From a virus, in the IMG/VR virus record IMGVR_UViG_3300042691_022450: a stretch of 64,000 bases of DNA; one strand, 5' to 3'. Shown one piece after another: positions 1-7,766 of the stretch; the first letter of the stretch is position 1, and every line of letters starts with the position of its first letter. The position numbers were made by a program, and so were the translations under genes. Below the pieces are notes generated by a model that worked only from the letters and a program-made list of their open reading frames with translations, was not told the DNA's origin and did no database searches.

Positions 1-111
1 GGTGGGTATTATGTCTATGAACAAGAATCCACAGACTTTACTGATTTTGTAAGGTTCAAACTTGGTATTAGTGATTATGATGCTGTTGCTGTTGATGAGA
101 TGCTGAAATGA
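1..111 (+). CDS. 3' end of a hypothetical protein (partial, begins before the window)
   Basis: Frame 1 is open from base 1 (GGYYVYEQESTDF...EMLK*). Its stop overlaps the next ATG (ATGA). Confidence 0.6.
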   Translation, partial: GGYYVYEQESTDFTDFVRFKLGISDYDAVAVDEMLK

Positions 112-452
112 GATTTGAAACTCAATCAAAATGGGAAGATTTCCTTGATGGATTTCGTAATGTCCTGTATATTCTTGACTGTTATGATGACGGTGATGAA
201 TGGGGTTATGGTGAGTTCTGGGAGAGTTTGAGTATTGGTTGGTTTCAGGAATATATCTATCCTTATGATGACCCATACAATCTAACTATCAGTCCAGAAC
301 GTAAGTTAAGATTAGCACAAGAACCAGAAAGGATTATTGTATCCGCAGAAGCATATGATGAACTTGTGCGACGAATAAATGAACCACAAGACTCTGCTGT
401 AGTTGAGAGAATTAAAGAAATTATGAATCGTAAAGCACCGTGGGATGAATGA
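108..452 (+). CDS. Acidic hypothetical protein with a DUF1778/TacA-antitoxin-like C-terminal segment
   Basis: 114-aa ORF. Its C-terminus RIIVSAEAYDELVRRINEP...RIKEIMNRKAPWDE resembles DUF1778 tails. Confidence 0.5.
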   Translation: MRFETQSKWEDFLDGFRNVLYILDCYDDGDEWGYGEFWESLSIGWFQEYIYPYDDPYNLTISPERKLRLAQEPERIIVSAEAYDELVRRINEPQDSAVVERIKEIMNRKAPWDE

Positions 453-493
453 TATCATTTTCCCACAACCACTTTTATAAACAAAGAACTTTT

Positions 494-982
494 ATGAACA
501 AAGAACCACTCCAAGCAAAAGTATCCGACGAAGATTACCAAAAGGTTTTAAATCTTATGAATAATCAAGAACCATATCCTGATTCTATGTTTGAGGAAGC
601 AGAACGTCGTGAAGTAGCAAACAGAGAACTTGCAAAAGAAGAATGGGAACGCAAAAAACGCAGTGATACTCTGCTGGCACGATATAATGCTTTCTATAAT
701 GATGAATGTTCTGGACTGCCTCACGGGACACCAATCACACCAGAACATATGCAGGCAATTGCATTACAATCTGCAATTGATGCTCTGCGTTGCGAAAACC
801 TGAATCGTGAGTATAATGAAATCGCAATCTCTGATATTGAGGATTTGATTGAACGATTGTATCAACAGAGTAATGAGTATCTTCAACGAGTGAGGAAACT
901 GAAAAATGACTTACTCACCAAACCTGTGACACTTGTGAAACTGGCACAAGACCCCACCAATCCCCCTGTGGATGCCCTATAA
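494..982 (+). CDS. Hypothetical protein; its C-terminus reads through a palindrome promoter
   Basis: ORF 449..982, likely start ATG 494. The last ~20 codons overlap the repeat at 926-983. Confidence 0.6.
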   Translation: MNKEPLQAKVSDEDYQKVLNLMNNQEPYPDSMFEEAERREVANRELAKEEWERKKRSDTLLARYNAFYNDECSGLPHGTPITPEHMQAIALQSAIDALRCENLNREYNEIAISDIEDLIERLYQQSNEYLQRVRKLKNDLLTKPVTLVKLAQDPTNPPVDAL

Positions 983-983
983 T
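926..983 (+). promoter_or_regulatory. Palindrome-associated early promoter, copy 1
   Basis: GTGACActtgtgaaacTGGCAC at 926-947, 30-bp gap, TATAAT at 978-983. Confidence 0.8.
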
Positions 984-1005
984 AGTCTCATATTCAAAAA
1001 GAGCA

Positions 1006-1269
1006 ATGACTGCTTCCAATCTTTCTAAAATCAAACCTAAACTTCGCACTCAAGGCTCTGTATCTGGGAACTTTGGTAGGGCAAAAGTTAAAGCAGGTTC
1101 TCCTTTGCGTGATATTGGAATGACCGATGCAAAAGTAGTTAAAGTTTGCACACAAGAAGATTATCTGAAGAGACTCTATCTTGCATATAAGACAACTGAA
1201 GATGCTAAACTGAAAAAGTTTGTATTTTCTGAAATTAAAAAGATTATGATTCAACGAGGAGAATGGTGA
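1006..1269 (+). CDS. Basic hypothetical protein
   Basis: 87-aa ORF directly downstream of promoter copy 1. Confidence 0.7.
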   Translation: MTASNLSKIKPKLRTQGSVSGNFGRAKVKAGSPLRDIGMTDAKVVKVCTQEDYLKRLYLAYKTTEDAKLKKFVFSEIKKIMIQRGEW

Positions 1270-1451
1270 GTAACACTGTTTACGCATATTCAGAAGTTGA
1301 ACGTGCTTACAAGATTCTTAAAGAACTTGTAGAACGTGAGAATAAACTTCATATGATGGATATGACCATCAATCTCCAACATCTTGATGTTATTCAATAC
1401 GAGATTCTTCCTGCACTGGAAGAAATCGTTTATTTTGACCCAACTCCTTAA
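1263..1451 (+). CDS. Hypothetical protein
   Basis: 62-aa ORF overlapping the previous stop. Confidence 0.6.
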   Translation: MVSNTVYAYSEVERAYKILKELVERENKLHMMDMTINLQHLDVIQYEILPALEEIVYFDPTP

Positions 1452-1455
1452 ACTA

Positions 1456-1746
1456 ATGCAATTCAATTTTAATACTGTTAAAGATTTTTACGTTGAAAAC
1501 GTGAATGATGATGTCCTTAAAAAAGTTGGACTGACTGCTGGTATCTTCACAGTCGTGATTGTCTCTCAACTCTTTCTTCACGGATTTGTTGAAATTGTTG
1601 ATAGTATCCCCGTATTCAACTCTCTGATGCAAGTTGTTGGTGTTTATGCATCTGCAAGGTTTGCTATAGCAAACCTCACAACTCAAGAGAAACGTGATAA
1701 TCTTGCGAAAAACGTTCGGAATACCTACCAAGATGTAGTAGGTTGA
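1456..1746 (+). CDS. CAAD-domain / CurT (CURT1)-like thylakoid membrane protein
   Basis: 96 aa from ATG 1456. Two hydrophobic helices and the pattern IVDSIPVFNSLMQVVGVYASARF...LTTQEKRDNL...VVG match the CAAD profile as I recall it. Confidence 0.7.
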   Translation: MQFNFNTVKDFYVENVNDDVLKKVGLTAGIFTVVIVSQLFLHGFVEIVDSIPVFNSLMQVVGVYASARFAIANLTTQEKRDNLAKNVRNTYQDVVG

Positions 1747-1767
1747 TTGAATACATAAGTATAACGA

Positions 1768-1825
1768 TGGACGGTTTTTGTTCTGTCCATTTGCACTTGA
1801 TTACGCACCGAAAGGGTGCTATGAT
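1768..1825 (+). promoter_or_regulatory. Palindrome promoter, variant copy 2, which also has a -35 box
   Basis: TGGACGgtttttgttcTGTCCA at 1768-1789, 30-bp gap to the -10; TTGATT(1797)-17 bp-TATGAT(1820). Confidence 0.7.
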
Positions 1826-1844
1826 TACGAAGTAAATCACTCAA

Positions 1845-1973
1845 ATGATGTTCGACACGTTCAATTTTACTGGTGATGCCACTACCTTTATTGGTTTGGT
1901 TGGTGTTATTAGCACTGCTGTTATTGTTATTACTGTTTTCCGTTCTTACTGGTCTAGTCCTTATCGCAAATGA
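1845..1973 (+). CDS. Small single-transmembrane protein (42 aa)
   Basis: MMFDTFNFTGDATTFIGLVGVISTAVIVITVFRSYWSSPYRK, below the ORF-track cutoff. It follows a promoter and its stop overlaps the next ATG. Confidence 0.65.
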   Translation: MMFDTFNFTGDATTFIGLVGVISTAVIVITVFRSYWSSPYRK

Positions 1974-2191
1974 TTTATTCAAAATCCATTCAAGAGTACG
2001 AAAAAGAACTCAAGGAAGCAAAGAAAAAGTTTGATAAACTCTCTAAGCAATATAAAAAGTGTAGAAGTGTTTATCAAGCAGAGATGATGTACGATGACCT
2101 AACAATTCTGAATGAAGATATTTCTGAACTTCAGATGATTGTGAAGGAACTGCGTCAACAAAAGAAACTTGCCGAAATTGATGTTGTCTAA
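1970..2191 (+). CDS. Coiled-coil hypothetical protein
   Basis: 73-aa ORF with heptad-like K/E/L pattern. Confidence 0.65.
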   Translation: MIYSKSIQEYEKELKEAKKKFDKLSKQYKKCRSVYQAEMMYDDLTILNEDISELQMIVKELRQQKKLAEIDVV

Positions 2192-2193
2192 TT

Positions 2194-2424
2194 ATGTCTG
2201 ACCTTTATACTGAAATCTTGGTGTTTAACAAAATGTCTTTTAATCGTGAGCAACTTGTTGAGGATTATATCCAGCAAACGATTGGAGGAATGGATTATAA
2301 GACTATGGAACGTTTTGTTTATGATACTTTGAAAGATAATCTAGCAGATTATAATGATGAAGAATTGATTACAGAGGTTACAGACTACTACCCAGAATTG
2401 TTGGAGGATGTTGATACTCTGTGA
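2194..2424 (+). CDS. Acidic hypothetical protein
   Basis: 76-aa ORF; its stop lies inside palindrome copy 3. Confidence 0.65.
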   Translation: MSDLYTEILVFNKMSFNREQLVEDYIQQTIGGMDYKTMERFVYDTLKDNLADYNDEELITEVTDYYPELLEDVDTL

Positions 2425-2478
2425 CACTTGTGGCACTGGCACACTAAAAGAGCACAGCACCTCAAATCCTGCTATAAT
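2421..2478 (+). promoter_or_regulatory. Palindrome promoter, copy 3
   Basis: GTGACActtgtggcacTGGCAC at 2421-2442, 30-bp gap, TGcTATAAT (-10 at 2473-2478). Confidence 0.85.
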
Positions 2479-2500
2479 TACTTCGTAATCAATCAACACC

Positions 2501-2677
2501 ATGTTAGTCCTTGATTCTATTGGTTTCTACGATAAGTTTCAAAATTATAATCTAATCCTAGATTTTTCTGGTCGTTGGGTAGAATATTATAATTATATGA
2601 TATCTCCTTTTAATGAAAAATGGATAAATAAAACTTATCAAGATGAGATAAAGCAAAATCGGTTTTACGATGTTTGA
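2501..2677 (+). CDS. Hypothetical protein (58 aa)
   Basis: MLVLDSIGFYDKF...NRFYDV; the only ORF between palindrome copies 3 and 4. Confidence 0.6.
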   Translation: MLVLDSIGFYDKFQNYNLILDFSGRWVEYYNYMISPFNEKWINKTYQDEIKQNRFYDV

Positions 2678-2686
2678 TTGTGCCTT

Positions 2687-2744
2687 GTGCCACTGATTCT
2701 TCTGGCACATAACACTTTACAGACCCCAGAACCTGTGATATGAT
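2687..2744 (+). promoter_or_regulatory. Palindrome promoter, copy 4
   Basis: GTGCCActgattcttcTGGCAC at 2687-2708, 30-bp gap, TGaTATGAT (-10 at 2739-2744). Confidence 0.8.
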
Positions 2745-2772
2745 GTATTCATCAAGTCAAGGAGGTTTCAAG

Positions 2773-2916
2773 ATGATTGACACTTGTGTTCTTCACGATG
2801 ATTACGAGGACTTTGCTAAAAAGTTTCTCGGTGTTGATTATGAGGACTTTATTGGTCTTCAACTTGGTCTTCCCGATGAAGATGAAATTGAAATTGAATA
2901 CTCTTTAAGTATTTGA
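2773..2916 (+). CDS. Small acidic protein (47 aa)
   Basis: Strong SD GGAGG at 2761; MIDTCVLHDDYEDFAKKFLGVDYEDF... Confidence 0.65.
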   Translation: MIDTCVLHDDYEDFAKKFLGVDYEDFIGLQLGLPDEDEIEIEYSLSI

Positions 2917-3001
2917 TTTCATTTGGAACGGGTTTGCCAATGGGTTGGAAATATCTAACCAATAAAGTTACCCATTTTTCGTTCCCTTGACTTTTCATTA
3001 A

Positions 3002-3226
3002 ATGTCTGCTAAACTGATTGCTCTTGCTTCCGAAATCGTTGATACCAACCCTGCTGGTGCTCAACTGATTGTTAGTCTGACTAAAGCAGAAACTGGTGCT
3101 GAACTCATCGAAGCACTTGATAACTATGATTCCACCGTGCTTGAGAACTATTCTGAACCTGTGGATTCTGAAGATGAAGGTGAAGTGACTCTCACCGATG
3201 CAGATGGTATTGTAACTTCTGTTTGA
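3002..3226 (+). CDS. Acidic hypothetical protein
   Basis: 74-aa ORF with phage-like codon usage. Confidence 0.7.
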   Translation: MSAKLIALASEIVDTNPAGAQLIVSLTKAETGAELIEALDNYDSTVLENYSEPVDSEDEGEVTLTDADGIVTSV

Positions 3227-3264
3227 TTTTTGATTCTTTAATTTCTTAACCAACTAATTTTATT

Positions 3265-3516
3265 ATGGCACGTCGCAACAAGTCTGCATCTCGTCAAATG
3301 GTTGAAAATCTTCAAGAACAACTTGTTGAGTATTTTCAAGAAAACATCTTTGATGATTGTGATTACGAAGATTTGACTGGTTCTGACCTTCTTGAAGCAC
3401 TGGTTGGCACTTTCCGTGAACTGGAAAGTGAAATCCAAAAGAAAATGAACCCGATTCAATATGTTCTAAATAAAATTGACCCAGAGGATTCTGAATCTCA
3501 AGTCCTTAACGGTTAA
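3265..3516 (+). CDS. Acidic hypothetical protein
   Basis: 83-aa ORF. Confidence 0.7.
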   Translation: MARRNKSASRQMVENLQEQLVEYFQENIFDDCDYEDLTGSDLLEALVGTFRELESEIQKKMNPIQYVLNKIDPEDSESQVLNG

Positions 3517-3600
3517 TTCTTACGGGCATCAAAGGTCCAAACTTTGAATAAGACCCACACCTCCTATGCCTCTTCACAATGCACAAACCTGGAGGTTTAT

Positions 3601-3674
3601 GGGTTAGTAGCTCAGATGGATAGAGCAATTCACTTCTAATGAATTGGTCGGGGGTTCGAGTCCCTCCTAACCCG
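3601..3674 (+). tRNA. tRNA-Arg (anticodon TCT)
   Basis: Acceptor stem GGGTTAG/CTAACCC; D-arm GCTC...GAGC; anticodon arm ATTCA-CTTCTAA-TGAAT; T-loop GTTCGAG; no encoded CCA. Confidence 0.95.
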
Positions 3675-3688
3675 TTATTTTTATTATT

Positions 3689-4459
3689 ATGAAACTCAAA
3701 GTTTTAAGTGACCTACATCTTGAGCACTTTGTTGCTTGTCAAGTATTTGATGTTGGTGAAGGTGATGTTCTAGTTCTTGCTGGTGACATACTTAATGCCA
3801 AGCATTTCAAGACTGATGGGTATATTCACGAGGTTTATGATAGATTCTTGAATGATTGTAGCAAGAACTACGATAGAGTTCTTTATGTATTTGGAAATCA
3901 CGAATATTATGGATACAATTACGAAGGAAGTAAGAGGAAAATAAAAGAGCATCTTCCTCATAATTTCCAAATCCTTGACAATGACACAGTTACCATCAAC
4001 AACTGGAATTTCTTAGGTTTCACTCTCTGGACTGACTTTAGGAATGAAAATGCTCTAGAGATGATGGAAGCAGCACAAGTGATGAATGACTACAAAGTTA
4101 TTCGTATTACTCCAAAGTATCGGAAACTGAATCCAACTGACACTCTTAATTTTCATAAGGATAGTAAGAAGTATCTGTTGAATCAACTAAAAACACTCAA
4201 TGACAATGTATTTGTCATCAGTCATCATGCACCGAGTTATCAATCGGTTCCACAGCAATTCAAGAAACACGCAAATGGTGCCTATTGTAGTAATCTGGAT
4301 GATTTGATTGTTAATCATCCACAAATCAAATACTGGGCTCACGGTCATACTCACACTGCTTTTAATTATATGATTGAAGGTTGCCGAGTGATTTGTAATC
4401 CTGGTGGGTATCCTGGACAAGGAACTGGATTTAATCCAGATTTACTTTTTGACATCTAG
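3689..4459 (+). CDS. Calcineurin-like metallophosphoesterase
   Basis: Motifs SDLH, AGD, GNHE, HH and HGHTH. Confidence 0.9.
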   Translation: MKLKVLSDLHLEHFVACQVFDVGEGDVLVLAGDILNAKHFKTDGYIHEVYDRFLNDCSKNYDRVLYVFGNHEYYGYNYEGSKRKIKEHLPHNFQILDNDTVTINNWNFLGFTLWTDFRNENALEMMEAAQVMNDYKVIRITPKYRKLNPTDTLNFHKDSKKYLLNQLKTLNDNVFVISHHAPSYQSVPQQFKKHANGAYCSNLDDLIVNHPQIKYWAHGHTHTAFNYMIEGCRVICNPGGYPGQGTGFNPDLLFDI

Positions 4460-4507
4460 ATATAAGGAAGGTAGAATCTTCCCACACATTAAACTCGCAA
4501 AAGGTCG

Positions 4508-4984
4508 ATGGACTACTTAAAAATTGAACCAAATCAAACTATTCTTGTTCTAAACGCATCCTATGAACCAATTAACTTTACTAATTGGAAAAGAGCAATC
4601 GTGCTGCTTATGAAGAACAAAGCACAAGCACTTGGTAAGAGAGTCATTCGACTGGTCAATTACATTAAGTTGCCCTACGAGAAACTAATGCAAAATAGAC
4701 CATCACGAGCAATGATTTATAAACGTGATGGTCATAAGTGTCAGTATTGTGGTTCAACTAAAGAACTAACTATTGACCACATCATCCCACGTTCTCGTGG
4801 TGGTGAAGATACTTGGGAAAATCTTACTGTTGCTTGTATGCCTTGCAACTCTAAAAAAAGTGATAAACTTCTTGAAGAAACTAATTTGTCTCTTCGCACT
4901 ATTCCAAAAAAACCACTGAATAAGATGCTATTTGCTCTTGATAGAGCAAATGTCCCAGAGTGGAATGAATACTCTTATGTCTAA
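4508..4984 (+). CDS. HNH endonuclease (McrA-like, bacterial-type VLNASYEP family)
   Basis: LVLNASYEP N-terminus; RDGHKCQYCG; TIDHIIPRSRGG; WENL..ACMPCN.KK. Confidence 0.9.
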   Translation: MDYLKIEPNQTILVLNASYEPINFTNWKRAIVLLMKNKAQALGKRVIRLVNYIKLPYEKLMQNRPSRAMIYKRDGHKCQYCGSTKELTIDHIIPRSRGGEDTWENLTVACMPCNSKKSDKLLEETNLSLRTIPKKPLNKMLFALDRANVPEWNEYSYV

Positions 4985-5141
4985 ACTCAATAATGAGTTT
5001 TATACTGTAGAATATGAGTTTATGGGGAAGAGAAAGTTTGCTTGTTATTTTCAACTTGAATCCGCACAGGAAGCAATGATGAAAATGATTAAGAAAGGAA
5101 TGGTTGTTAATGGATTAGAAACCAAGACTCTCAAAAAATAG
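4977..5141 (+). CDS. Hypothetical protein
   Basis: ORF 4932..5141; likely start MSKLNNEF, overlapping the HNH stop. Confidence 0.55.
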   Translation: MSKLNNEFYTVEYEFMGKRKFACYFQLESAQEAMMKMIKKGMVVNGLETKTLKK

Positions 5142-5146
5142 TCAGT

Positions 5147-5205
5147 GTGCCACTTGTAGCACTGTCCCTAACACCTCTCCAAATCCCCTGGAGGGGTGTT
5201 ATACT
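5147..5205 (+). promoter_or_regulatory. Palindrome promoter, copy 5
   Basis: GTGCCActtgtagcacTGTCCC at 5147-5168, 31-bp gap, TGtTATACT (-10 at 5200-5205). Confidence 0.8.
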
Positions 5206-5228
5206 ATGGAGACAAGCAAAGGGGAGGG

Positions 5229-5910
5229 ATGACTCCAAATTGGCAGCACAACTCAGGAAAAAATAAGAATACTAAAGGTTCTTGTAAGGGGAAACTCAAA
5301 GCAAGAAAACAAGCATTGCAGCACATCAAACGCAAACTCAAAGTAATCTGATGACCTATCAAAATCTTCTGGAGATTCTTCAGACTCTCACTCTGGAGCA
5401 GTTGAAGATGGATGTGTCAATTTATGACATTAGTTATGATGAGTTTTGTCCAATGCACAAATTTCATTTTGCAGATAACACTGTAGATGTGCTTGACCCT
5501 GACCACCCTTACCTTTCTTTCTGATTATGAACTCTAAAACTATTACTTACATCTTTCTTGCTTTTATTGCTGTTCTTGGATGGAACTCATTTGCAATTCA
5601 ACGTGATGAGAAAATGTTTGATGCTTATGATAAACAAGTTAAAGAGGTTTGCAAACAACAAACAGGTTGGCATCCAGACTGCAATCTTAAATAAGTATTA
5701 TAGTTTTGACTCCAAATGTCTAAAATTTCATTTACTGAAGGATTGCAAGTTTATTATAAGGGACTGTTTGGTGTCGTAGATTTTGTCTGCGACCAATATA
5801 TCACTGTATGCGTCCGAAAATTTCCAAATGAAAGAGTCAGAAATGTTTGTTTAGTTGTGCATCCAACAGAGTTTTATAATATAAAATTAGCAAAGGAGTC
5901 TACAAAGTAA
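5229..5910 (+). CDS. Run of four small ORFs (5229-5351 basic; 5351-5524 acidic; from 5527 a protein with an N-terminal hydrophobic helix; 5716-5910)
   Basis: Translated by eye: MTPNWQHNSGK..., MTYQNLLEILQ..., MNSKTITYIFLAFIAVLGW..., MSKISFTEGL...; abutting starts and stops. Confidence 0.55.
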
Positions 5911-5950
5911 AGTAAGTCATAAATACCTAAAAAGTCTAGGTATTTCAATA

Positions 5951-6589
5951 ATGACTACAAGAGTTAGTTTAATTGCCAATGACGCAGTAACTGGTGCTGG
6001 AATTAGTAATGAAACAATTACTAATGATGATATAGCACCTGGAACAATATCAACTAATAAGATCAATTTCACCACAGCACTTGTTCCAGTTGGTGGAATT
6101 ATTATGTGGTCTGGAACTACGACACCAGATGGGTGGCAACTATGCAATGGAACTGATTTACCATCAACTTCTCCATTAAGACCAAATATTACAAAAACTC
6201 CAGACCTAAGAGATAGATTTATTGTAGGTGCTACTAGTGGAGGAGATGGTGTTTATCCTGGAGTTGGTGTCAATCAAACTGGTGGTAGTGCCAATGCCGT
6301 TGTAGTTTCTCACATTCATACTGGAACCACTGGTGGGCAAAGTCAAGATCATACTCATACTTGGGGACGACAAGATGCTCAAAATGATGCCAATAATAGA
6401 CCCTGGCCTGCAAGTAATAATGACTGTATAATTAGTGAAGTTCAAACTGGTGGTACATCACAAGACCACACACATAATTTTACAACTTCCGATGCCAAAA
6501 ATGGATCTGATGTTGTCATTGGCGCATCAGCAACAAATGCAAACCTTCCACCATATTATGCCCTTGCGTTCATTATAAGGGTCTTATAA
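5951..6589 (+). CDS. Tail-collar-domain / short-fibre-like protein
   Basis: VPVGGIIMWSG..PDGWQLCNG...TPDLRDRFIVGA, HxH motifs and C-terminal NLPPYYALAFIIR. Late promoter TAAATA at 5920-5925. Confidence 0.85.
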   Translation: MTTRVSLIANDAVTGAGISNETITNDDIAPGTISTNKINFTTALVPVGGIIMWSGTTTPDGWQLCNGTDLPSTSPLRPNITKTPDLRDRFIVGATSGGDGVYPGVGVNQTGGSANAVVVSHIHTGTTGGQSQDHTHTWGRQDAQNDANNRPWPASNNDCIISEVQTGGTSQDHTHNFTTSDAKNGSDVVIGASATNANLPPYYALAFIIRVL

Positions 6590-6599
6590 TTTATCCAAT

Positions 6600-6657
6600 G
6601 TGCCACTCGTAGCACTGGCACAGTAAATGAGCACAGACCCCCCTGATGCCCTACAAT
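6600..6657 (+). promoter_or_regulatory. Palindrome promoter, copy 6
   Basis: GTGCCActcgtagcacTGGCAC at 6600-6621, 30-bp gap, TACAAT at 6652-6657. Confidence 0.85.
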
Positions 6658-6683
6658 ACAGGGACACAAGCAAAGGAGACCAC

Positions 6684-6932
6684 TTGGCAGACCTCGATAC
6701 TATCTTTAACTACACCACCTCTCGTTGGGATTGGCATGAAGGTAATGTCAATCAAATGTGGATTCAAGAGATTGAAGAATCTCCTGATTTTTATCGTTAT
6801 ATTGCCGTTGCTTACAATCCTCGTAAGAATGTGAGCACGGTAGTATCTGAACCTCGTTGCTATGCTGACACCTTGAACTGGGTTCGTATGTATTGCGGTA
6901 ATTTCTGTATTCTTCCTGAGTATTGCTATTGA
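6684..6932 (+). CDS. Hypothetical protein
   Basis: ORF 6627..6932; likely TTG start at 6684 after SD GGAG, downstream of promoter copy 6. Confidence 0.6.
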   Translation: MADLDTIFNYTTSRWDWHEGNVNQMWIQEIEESPDFYRYIAVAYNPRKNVSTVVSEPRCYADTLNWVRMYCGNFCILPEYCY

Positions 6933-7098
6933 TTATGCTTTACAACATTACAGTTGAGTTTAAGGATGGAACTGTCGAGACGTTTCAACGCAGAAGCAAC
7001 ATCAAACCCATCAACAGTGTAAAACTCAACGATAAGATTGCTAACGAAATCTTTCCACGAGAGTGGAAAGAAATCTCTTCCAAACCTGTTTATTGATT

Positions 7099-7479
7099 AT
7101 GTCTTTCACTTTTCTTCGTCTGTCTGCTGGTATCTACGAAGTTCAGAAGGATTCTAACACTGTTGGATTCATTCGTAAAGCATCTGCTGCTAAGTGGATT
7201 GTTGTTGATGTTGTAGACACTCCTCAACAAGTCACAAAGACTCTCAAAGAAGCAAAGGATGCTTGTGTCAATCTAATCATCTTTGATGTGGTTGACAAGA
7301 CCCCTGAACCTGAGTATAATGACTCTGTAGGGGTTGATAAGGTGAATACTGAACTTAATAAGGTTGTTGAAGGTTCTTTGAATTGCTATAAGCAAGTTGA
7401 AGGTACTGATGAGTTTGTAAAAGTATCTCCTACTGAGTTTGGATTCCCTGAACCTACTCTTGAACCGATTGAGTTCTAA
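7099..7479 (+). CDS. Hypothetical protein
   Basis: ORF 7063..7479, likely start ATG 7099. Confidence 0.65.
   Translation: MSFTFLRLSAGIYEVQKDSNTVGFIRKASAAKWIVVDVVDTPQQVTKTLKEAKDACVNLIIFDVVDKTPEPEYNDSVGVDKVNTELNKVVEGSLNCYKQVEGTDEFVKVSPTEFGFPEPTLEPIEF
7292..7320 (+). promoter_or_regulatory. Consensus sigma70 promoter inside the 7099-7479 ORF
   Basis: TTGACA(7292)-17 bp-TATAAT(7315), an exact consensus match. Confidence 0.7.
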
Positions 7480-7661
7480 TGTTTAAGTTTATTTTACACC
7501 TTTTAGTTAATCAAAACAAAATGCACGATTCTACTCTTGACCTGTTCTGCGAACACGAAGATTCTAAGTATGCAGATGAATATGCACTTTATGTTGAAGA
7601 ACTTGCTTCAAAATACGAAGTGACTTGTGATTACATCATCCAAGAGTTTATTCTTGAATAA
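7479..7661 (+). CDS. Small acidic hypothetical protein
   Basis: 60-aa ORF; the true start may be the internal Met (MHDSTLDL). Confidence 0.55.
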   Translation: MFKFILHLLVNQNKMHDSTLDLFCEHEDSKYADEYALYVEELASKYEVTCDYIIQEFILE

Positions 7662-7664
7662 TCT

Positions 7665-7742
7665 GTGCCACTAATTGCACCGTCCATAACACCTTCCGTT
7701 GATTCGGGGGGTGGGATTTGTGTTATTTTTTTATTATAAATA
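7665..7742 (+). promoter_or_regulatory. Palindrome copy 7, lacking its usual -10, followed by a T4-type late promoter
   Basis: GTGCCActaattgcacCGTCCA at 7665-7686; no -10 at the 30-bp position; TATAAATA at 7735-7742. Confidence 0.7.
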
Positions 7743-7766
7743 ATAACAGAAATAACATTAAACCCT

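Noticed and set aside
2421-2460. TGGCAC as a sigma54 -24 box, or the dyad as an NtcA or CRP site
   Set aside because: No TTGC at the -12 position and cyanobacteria lack sigma54. The dyad does not fit GTA-N8-TAC or TGTGA-N6-TCACA.
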